Source: Octopus sinensis (taxonomy: Eukaryota). Taken from it: a DNA stretch of 60,239 nucleotides. The notes below the pieces were generated by a model that saw only the letters and a list, made by a program, of their open reading frames with translations, ran no database searches and was not told where the DNA came from. A program made the position numbers and the translations under genes. Within the stretch, counting starts at the first letter, position 1. Each line of letters begins with the position of its first letter. The stretch spans positions 1-60,239 of the forward strand of contig NW_021832557.1 of assembly GCF_006345805.1 (NCBI RefSeq), given 5' to 3'. Below, one piece after another: positions 50,976 to 60,239 of this stretch.

Positions 50976-51829
50976 GCTTATTTTGATTATATATATATAT
51001 ATATACCTTTTATCAATTCAAAACGAACAATTAAATTACACCATCTAGAAAATTACATATAATAGAAATATTAAAAATAAAATAACAATAATATACCGAT
51101 GATTAAGTAAATTGCAATATAATAATAAAATAGTTATAAGCTATGATAGTTATTAATTATTATATCTATTTACTTAGAATGATTTGGGACTCAACCCGGA
51201 ACCACGTGGCACTCATGCGCATCTCCTTCATCTTCAATAACAGGTATACTCTTTAATATTCCTTGGCCATTTTAAGTGGATACAGATTACGCAAAAGCCA
51301 TCGGCCAGGATGTCCTTAAACCCCACTTCTTACGGTATATGGAAAACACAGCAATTTTATGAGAAACGAAGGAATGCCACTTTTCGTTTTGCTTTTTCTT
51401 AGGTAATTTTTTCTTATGGCAATGTAATGCTAGCATCGTATGGCAAGGTGATACCTTCTTCATACTGGTTTATTGAATTGTGCTTGTCTTGTTTCTTTAA
51501 ATGCATGTTTATGCCTTTAGTGTTGTATTAGCTTCTGCTACCATTGCGGTGGGCACTCCCTCTACTTGAGGGGTGGCCATATTGAACTGATGATAAAACA
51601 AACTAAAATGGTTATTTACAAAAATAATATGTAAACATTGTGATGTCCAAGGATAAATCTTTTTTTCACCCCCAGAGAAATGGGGCGAATGTTATTTCGA
51701 TGGACTTTGGTGTTAAAAAAAAAACTGAGCCAAAACAAACGAAGACACAAAATGTCCGCCACTGTATTGTGAAGTTACACTGGAAGAAAAATATTTTCTG
51801 GGAAACGTGACAGTTCACATCTAACAAAA

Positions 51830-52085
51830 GCATCACCATCATCATCATCATCATCATCATCACCACCGCCGTCGCTGCAGTCATTATCGTCTTCATCATC
51901 ATCGTCGTCTTCATCGTCGTGGTCATCATCATGATCATCCTCCTCCTCCTCCTTCTCATCATCATCATCACCACCACCGCCGTCGCCGCAGTCATTATCG
52001 TCTTCATCATCATCATCATCATCATCGTCGTCGTCGTCGTCGTCATCGTCATCATTGTCATCATCATCTTCATCATCGTCGTCAT

Positions 52086-52116
<31 letters not shown>

Positions 52117-52396
52117 ATCATCATCACCATCGTCGTCGTCATCGTCATCATCATCAATATCACCATCAGCAGCAGCAGCAGCATCAGCAACAGCAAGAGC
52201 AACAACAAAAAACAAATGCACCAACAGCAGCAACAATAACATCGATAAATTGTGTTCTATTTCCCGCAACTTCAGTGTCAGAATAATAAATAAGCAACAT
52301 TTATAAAGTGAGGTTATTTTATCAGATATTTTCACACGCACGCACGCACACACACACACACACCACACACACACACGCATGCACACATACACACGC

Positions 52397-52433
<37 letters not shown>

Positions 52434-52656
52434 TGCACACACACACACACACGTACATTTTTTTCCCTCCAGACTTGGCAAGAGAGAGTGTTGGAATCAA
52501 CACTAAATAATTCAAAAGATCTCCCCTTCTTTTCGGCTGAAATTTGTCATTATGCCAAAACAATCATGATGACAATGACGATGATGATGATGATGATGAT
52601 GATGACGATGATGATGATGATGATGACGATGATGATGATACTGATAATGTCGATGA

Positions 52657-52691
<35 letters not shown>

Positions 52692-52717
52692 ATGCTTATA
52701 ATAATAATAAAAATAAA

Positions 52718-52752
<35 letters not shown>

Positions 52753-52862
52753 AGATAATAATAATAGCTAGAATAAAATCAAGAACAACAGTAATAATAA
52801 TAATAATAACAACAACAACAACATTAACAACAACAACAGCAACAACAACAATACTAATAACG

Positions 52863-52926
<64 letters not shown>

Positions 52927-52940
52927 TAATAATAATATCA
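51830..52940. repeat. Compound triplet microsatellites (CAT/CGT/CAG/CAA, GAT/TAC/TAA) plus a CA tract
   Basis: Read directly from the sequence; includes a short duplicated block (caccaccgccgtcgc.gcagtcattatcgtcttcatc) at about 51860 and 51975. Confidence 0.92.
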
Positions 52941-53464
52941 ATAGGAAGAAAAACCGATTATAGAAAGAAACAAATATTTATCGGAAGATAAAATGCAAAA
53001 ATGAAGCAGATGAAAAATGGCAAAGAAAAACAAAGAGAAACAAAGAGAAGATGAAGAAGAAGAAATAAATGCTGCTTTTAAGAAACTATGTTATCCAAGT
53101 CACGCCTGTTGGTAGTAAGTATTTACAGATAGATAACGTTTAGACTTAATTTCTTTTGCTAAAATGGCGTTCATATGATCGAATGCTTTCAAAACAGAAC
53201 CGGAAGTACGATGGTGAACTCTATAGAGAAAAAGAAAATGTCCAGCTATATATTTACTATATATTTTATGGACTGTTTGTTTTATTTATATTTTTTTATG
53301 GTTGCAATTTTTTTTTCCTAACATTTACTCTGTCCATTCACCATTTTCGTCCTCTTCTCCGTTTTCCCTCTCGAATTCTCCTTCTTCGGTTTAATGATAT
53401 TCTATATATCTTCTTGACACTCTTTCCGTCCATTGTCTCATTTCTCTCACTTATCTTCTCTCTC

Positions 53465-54045
<581 letters not shown>

Positions 54046-54779
54046 TGTATATCTTTCTCTCTCCCGTCTATCTTGCATACAGTACACAGAGCACAACACA
54101 CCTCACATTCATCTCTCCGATGTTCATTTACTTTTCCCTATATCACATACTCTCACCATTTCCTTCACTCGTTTTCTCTTTCTCCGATAATTCATGTCTA
54201 ATTCTATCGCACCCTGTCCTTCTTGGCCCGCACTCATATACTCACACAAATACTCTGCGCATGTATTCGTCAAGTGTAGGTGTACTCCTGCTGGAAATTC
54301 CCCTACTGAATTAACCTGCTGCCTTGTCAATTGATCACTTTCTCAATCGATGATGTAGCGACAAGTGTGAATAGAAACAAGATCCAGCAACAGCAGCATC
54401 ATCATCACCGTCACCAATACCACCACAATTATCGCCACCTTCTCCAACAGTGAAAAACAGCCATTTATTCTTAAACAAACGCCGCCGCAAGCTGACTGCA
54501 TTAATAATAGCGTTTGTTACATCGGAGTTGCAGCAAAAAATAAAGTAAATGAATTAGTAACTAAAAAGAAAAAAAGGACATAAAAATATAGAAAAAAAAG
54601 AGGAGGTAATAAATAATTTTGACTCTGAAATCTACTTCGTCACTAGAGGGCAGGCCCGAGAGGTCACTTGTTTTGCTTTGTTTTATATTCAACATACATC
54701 TCTCTTTCCCGTGTATGTGTGTATGTATACACACACAGACGCACACACATATGCATATGTATTTAATATATATATATAT

Positions 54780-54821
<42 letters not shown>

Positions 54822-55438
54822 TATATATATATACATACATACATATGCCTGTATGTATGTGTATGAGTGTGTACGTAACATTATACATATATATATAACA
54901 TATACAATCCATACATATGTGGATATACATACATATATTTGCATATATAAATATATAAATGCACACACTCATATATACACCCATATACGCGCACACATAT
55001 TTATATCAGCATAGTCACATGACGTCAACAAATCAATAAAATATTTCCTCATCTGTTTTCCGCCATCTTTATTTTCTACCCAATTTCCTTTACTCCACAA
55101 ACTTTTCCACTTTGTAATTTTTTTCTCTCTCCGCAGTTCATCTTACAGTTTCTTCTCAACTTACTCACTTGAACCTTCCTCTTCATGCTCTCTTTTCTTC
55201 AATATTTTTATTTCCAGCTTCCTTCATTCCAACCTTTCTTCAAAACCGTTTTTCTTTTGAATGTTTTGCAAACGATCCTGTGCTGTTTTATCTCTCTAAC
55301 TTACATTGCCATATAGAGGACCAACATCATTACCACTATCTCAACCATCAGTCTCTGTTTCTTTCTGCCCCTTCTTCTCCTCATATTGTTGTTGTTGTTG
55401 TTGTTGTTGCTATTATTATTATATTATTATTATTATTA

Positions 55439-55485
<47 letters not shown>

Positions 55486-55499
55486 TTATTATTATTGTG

Positions 55500-56915
<1,416 letters not shown>

Positions 56916-57882
56916 TTAGTATTCGTAGTAAGCATAAGCTTTACATGTTATATTTTTTGGGGGTCTGTTTCAAATGCAAAAATGATCTTTTTTTTGTTTT
57001 CGCGTCTAATCTTTGAAATTCGTAAACACCTAGCAGTGAAGATAGATGTAAATATTTAATTGTGTTGTCTAATTCTCTTTTCTATCTTTTATGTTATGAA
57101 CATGTAATCAGTGTTCTTTAATTTTTCACCATTCCTCGTTGCCTTGCGGCATTATCCTAATTTAAATCTCGCCAAGCAAATTTGTGTATTGTCCCTAGCA
57201 ATGTTTTTTTTATCACTTAGAATCTGCAGCGTACAATTTGAGGGTGACCATGTACAAAAGTTGTTTAATTGTTATCCCATACCATTTACATATGATTCTG
57301 CTCTGGTTTAACATGTCGTTTAATGCGTGGGAAAATAGTGGAGAGATGAAGGAAATCCCTAAAGTGTACTTTCCTTTCAAAGATTCCTTCGTTTTAACAA
57401 TTCCTTCTTTTTTTGCAACTGAAAAATTGTTTGCTATTTATTCACGGCACATTTAATGCATCGATACATGGATGGGGAACATCATTGTTTCCTTTTTTCT
57501 ATATTCTGCGATTATAACTTTGTTCATCGGGAATTGTTCACTACAACTATATAAACATTTGCTGCACCCATTCTGCTCTTCTGGGAACAGTATTTTTACG
57601 AAGAGCTTATTTAATCTGTGCGAAATTATTGCAGTGAAATCTTTGTAGGTTGTACGAAGCCTTGTTATGGCATCGTAGTTTTAAAGGCTTGTTCTTTGTT
57701 TGTAGGTATGAAGACATCTTCCCCACCGTAAACCGACCACATTTTGTCTTCACCCGCAAGCGAATTATGTGTCTATGTTTTAAGGAAAAGTTTGGGATCA
57801 GACCTCTTTCTGCTGTGTTCTAGTTAATTGCATAGTTGTAGCATCTGGGCTACTTCTTTCCATTATTATAGTCCACTTCCAA

Positions 57883-58492
57883 GGCGGCGAGCTGGTAGAA
57901 CCGTTAACATGCTGGGCGAAATGCTTAGCGGTATTTCATCTGCCGTTACGTTCTGAGTTCAAATTCCGCCGAGGCCGACTCGGCCTTTTATCCTTTCGGG
58001 GTCGATTAAATAAGTACCAGTTACGCACTGGAGTCGATATAATCGACTTAATCTGTTTGTCTGTCATTGTTTGTCCTCTCTATGTTTAGCCCCTTGTGGG
58101 TAGTAAAGAAGTAGGTATTTCGCCCGCCGCTATGTTCACCGAGGTCATTGGTGATAAATTTCGGGGTTGATAAATGAAACACCTGTGAAACACTCTGGTC
58201 AATGTAATCGTTTAGTTTCCTCACCCCAAATTACAGGTCTTGCTCCTTAAGTAGAAAAGCTTAAAGTCCGCTTCTAAAGCGGCAAACCAGCAGTATCTTT
58301 GGCACTCCGTACAAAATAGTAAGCAGCATTTCTTCTGGCTTAATATTCTGAGCTCAAATTCAGCCGAAGTCGATTTTGCCTTTTGTAATTTCGAGGTCTA
58401 TCAAATAAGCCCCACATAAAAGACTGAGGTGGAAGTAATCGGTTGCCCGCCCCTTCCAATGTCAGTCATTGCATCTATTGTAGAAAAGATTA
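57883..58492 (+). mobile_element. SINE family B: head and young alpha cassette joined at 58115 to a very diverged beta copy, followed by another old copy (58277-58492)
   Basis: ggcggcgagctggtagaacc head; gggtagtaaagaagtag|gtatttcgcccgcc junction. Confidence 0.85.
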
Positions 58493-58578
58493 TCATGGCC
58501 CTCACCCCGCAATTGTTCAGTTACTCCGCTCGTTCTTCTGATCGATCTTATTAGTCGCGATTACTTCGATTGTTGTAA

Positions 58579-58902
58579 AGGTGCGTGGCTTAGTGGTTAG
58601 GGTATCCGGCTCACGTTCGTAAGGTCGCGAGTTCGATTCACGGCGGTGCATCGTGTCCTTGAGCAAGACACTTTATTTCACATTGCTTCAGTCCACTCAG
58701 CTGGAAAGAAGTGAGTTGTACCTCTATTCCAAAGGGCCAACCTTGTCACTCTTTGTATCACGTTGAATCTCCATAAGAACTACGTTAAGGGTACACGTGT
58801 CTGTGGAGTGCTCAGCCACTTGCACGTTAAATTCCCGAACAGGCTGTTCTGTTGATCGGGTCAACAGGAACCTTCGCCGTCGTAAGCGACGGAACGACAC
58901 AA
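58579..58902 (+). mobile_element. tRNA-headed SINE family E
   Basis: Box A tggcttagtgg, box B gagttcgattc, then gtgtccttgagcaagacactt and a non-tRNA body. Confidence 0.8.
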
Positions 58903-59419
58903 CTTCAATATTCGTACTCTTTCCAAGAATTCATGTACTTCCTTTGTTGGTGGTGCTGTATTGTTTTCTAAACATATATTTTTTTTAGATTGTCTTTGAT
59001 AAAATCTTTTGAGATTGAACTCAAATTGTTTGTTTTCTTCAAAGAATCGTTATCGCATTTCATACCAACGAATTCTTAGCGATTTACTTAGATATCTTGT
59101 TTCAGGCATTCTTTGATTTTAGATAATTCTTGTTTGTTCTATTATATTTCTCCAGTATTCGCCTCTCCTTTTTTCCCCGTCAATTGTGTCTTTCCTTTAC
59201 TGATTTCATTAAGGATTCAGAGAGCTCTTATTTCCTTTTTTTCTATTTTTTATTTTATTTTTCTCGGTAGATGTTTATTGTCCATATTCTTTCGTTCGCT
59301 CTTCATATTCCTATGAGCTGATCTCAGAGAAAACCCATTTTCCTTTGTAAATACAGTCACTGCTGCATATATTATTTCGTTTAACCTTCAGATATTGATA
59401 TTCGTCTGTTTTTATTGAG

Positions 59420-59718
59420 CTTGTCTTCTTCTTCTCTTCTTCTTCTTCTTCTTCTTCTTCTTCTTCTTCTTCTTCTTCTTCTTCTTCTTCTGCTTCTTCT
59501 TCTTCTTCTTCTTCTTCTTCTTCTTCTTCTTCTTCTTCTTCTTCTTCTTCTTCTTCTGCTTCTTCTTCGTCTTCTTCCTCTTCTTCTTCTTCTTCGTCTT
59601 CTTCCTCTTCTTCCTCCTCCTCCTTCCTTTCCTCTTCTCCTCCTCCTCTTCCCCTTCTTCTTCTTCTTCTTCTTCTTCTACTTTTCCTCATTTTTCTTCT
59701 TCTTCTCCTTCTTAGTGT

Positions 59719-59785
<67 letters not shown>

Positions 59786-59789
59786 CTTG

Positions 59790-59822
<33 letters not shown>

Positions 59823-59900
59823 TACTACTACTACTACCATTTTACCGTCTTCGTCGTCGTCGTCATCATCATCATCATCATCATTGTCGTCGTCTTCAAA
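59420..59900. repeat. Compound triplet microsatellites (TTC/TCC, TAC/TGC, CGT/CAT)
   Basis: Read directly from the sequence. Confidence 0.95.
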
Positions 59901-60239
59901 ATTGTAATAGCTATTGTTATTGTTGCCTTTGTTATTGTTTTAATTGTTTTTCATCATCAAAGGACTTCAGAATATTCAATCGTCTCCTCTCTACCCTGAT
60001 ACAGCGCGTAGAAAAAAAGACGTTTCTTCCTCAGAGATTTTATTGTGTACATAGTTTTTCATACAACTGTTTTAATTTGTTGATTAGTGGCTCAGCATGA
60101 CAACCTCTGTCGTAACAGGAAGAAACACTAGCCACAAGGGTGAGCCAAATTTCTGCAGACACAAACAATAAAAAAAGAAAAAAAAACATGAAAAAAGTTG
60201 GTGCCCCAGCATGGCCGCAGCCTTCGGGCTAAAACATTT

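Larger units (their letters stand above)
57050..59420 (-). mobile_element. Old R4/Dong-type LINE interrupted by SINEs (segments about 57050-57870 and 58905-59420)
   Basis: PITRLRTTYKDFTAII...FPEEQNGC...SCSEQFPMNK and KSLRIRWY...FFEENKQFEFNLKRFY match the 30.5-kb element. Confidence 0.7.

Overview
Eukaryotic, AT-rich window made almost entirely of repeats. I recognised no host protein-coding exon, no true tRNA/rRNA gene and no CRISPR array. The repeat families resemble those I know from Octopus (coleoid cephalopod) genomes; this is an inference, not a database result. Content: (i) dense microsatellites, which explain nearly all ORFs in the six-frame track; (ii) four tRNA-headed SINE families, here called A, B, C and E; (iii) a 5.7-kb array of 31 ~184-bp units (5544-11241) made from the body of SINE family B; (iv) a 5'-truncated R4/Dong-type LINE (RT + CCHC + restriction-like endonuclease, 30503-33485) plus several older relatives; (v) a Tx1/L1-clade 3' fragment and RTE and CR1/Jockey-like remnants; (vi) mariner, maT(DD37D), hAT and Helitron non-autonomous elements; (vii) Penelope-like termini with degenerate hammerhead-like motifs. 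The best candidate for an undescribed system is SINE B. Its repeated cassette ends in a tail matching the 3' end of the Tx1 LINE in this window (32/41 nt, ungapped). Cassettes are always joined at the same GTATTTCG site of the element, and young cassettes sit directly upstream of older, differently tailed copies. This pattern suggests a self-targeting, array-building retroposon.
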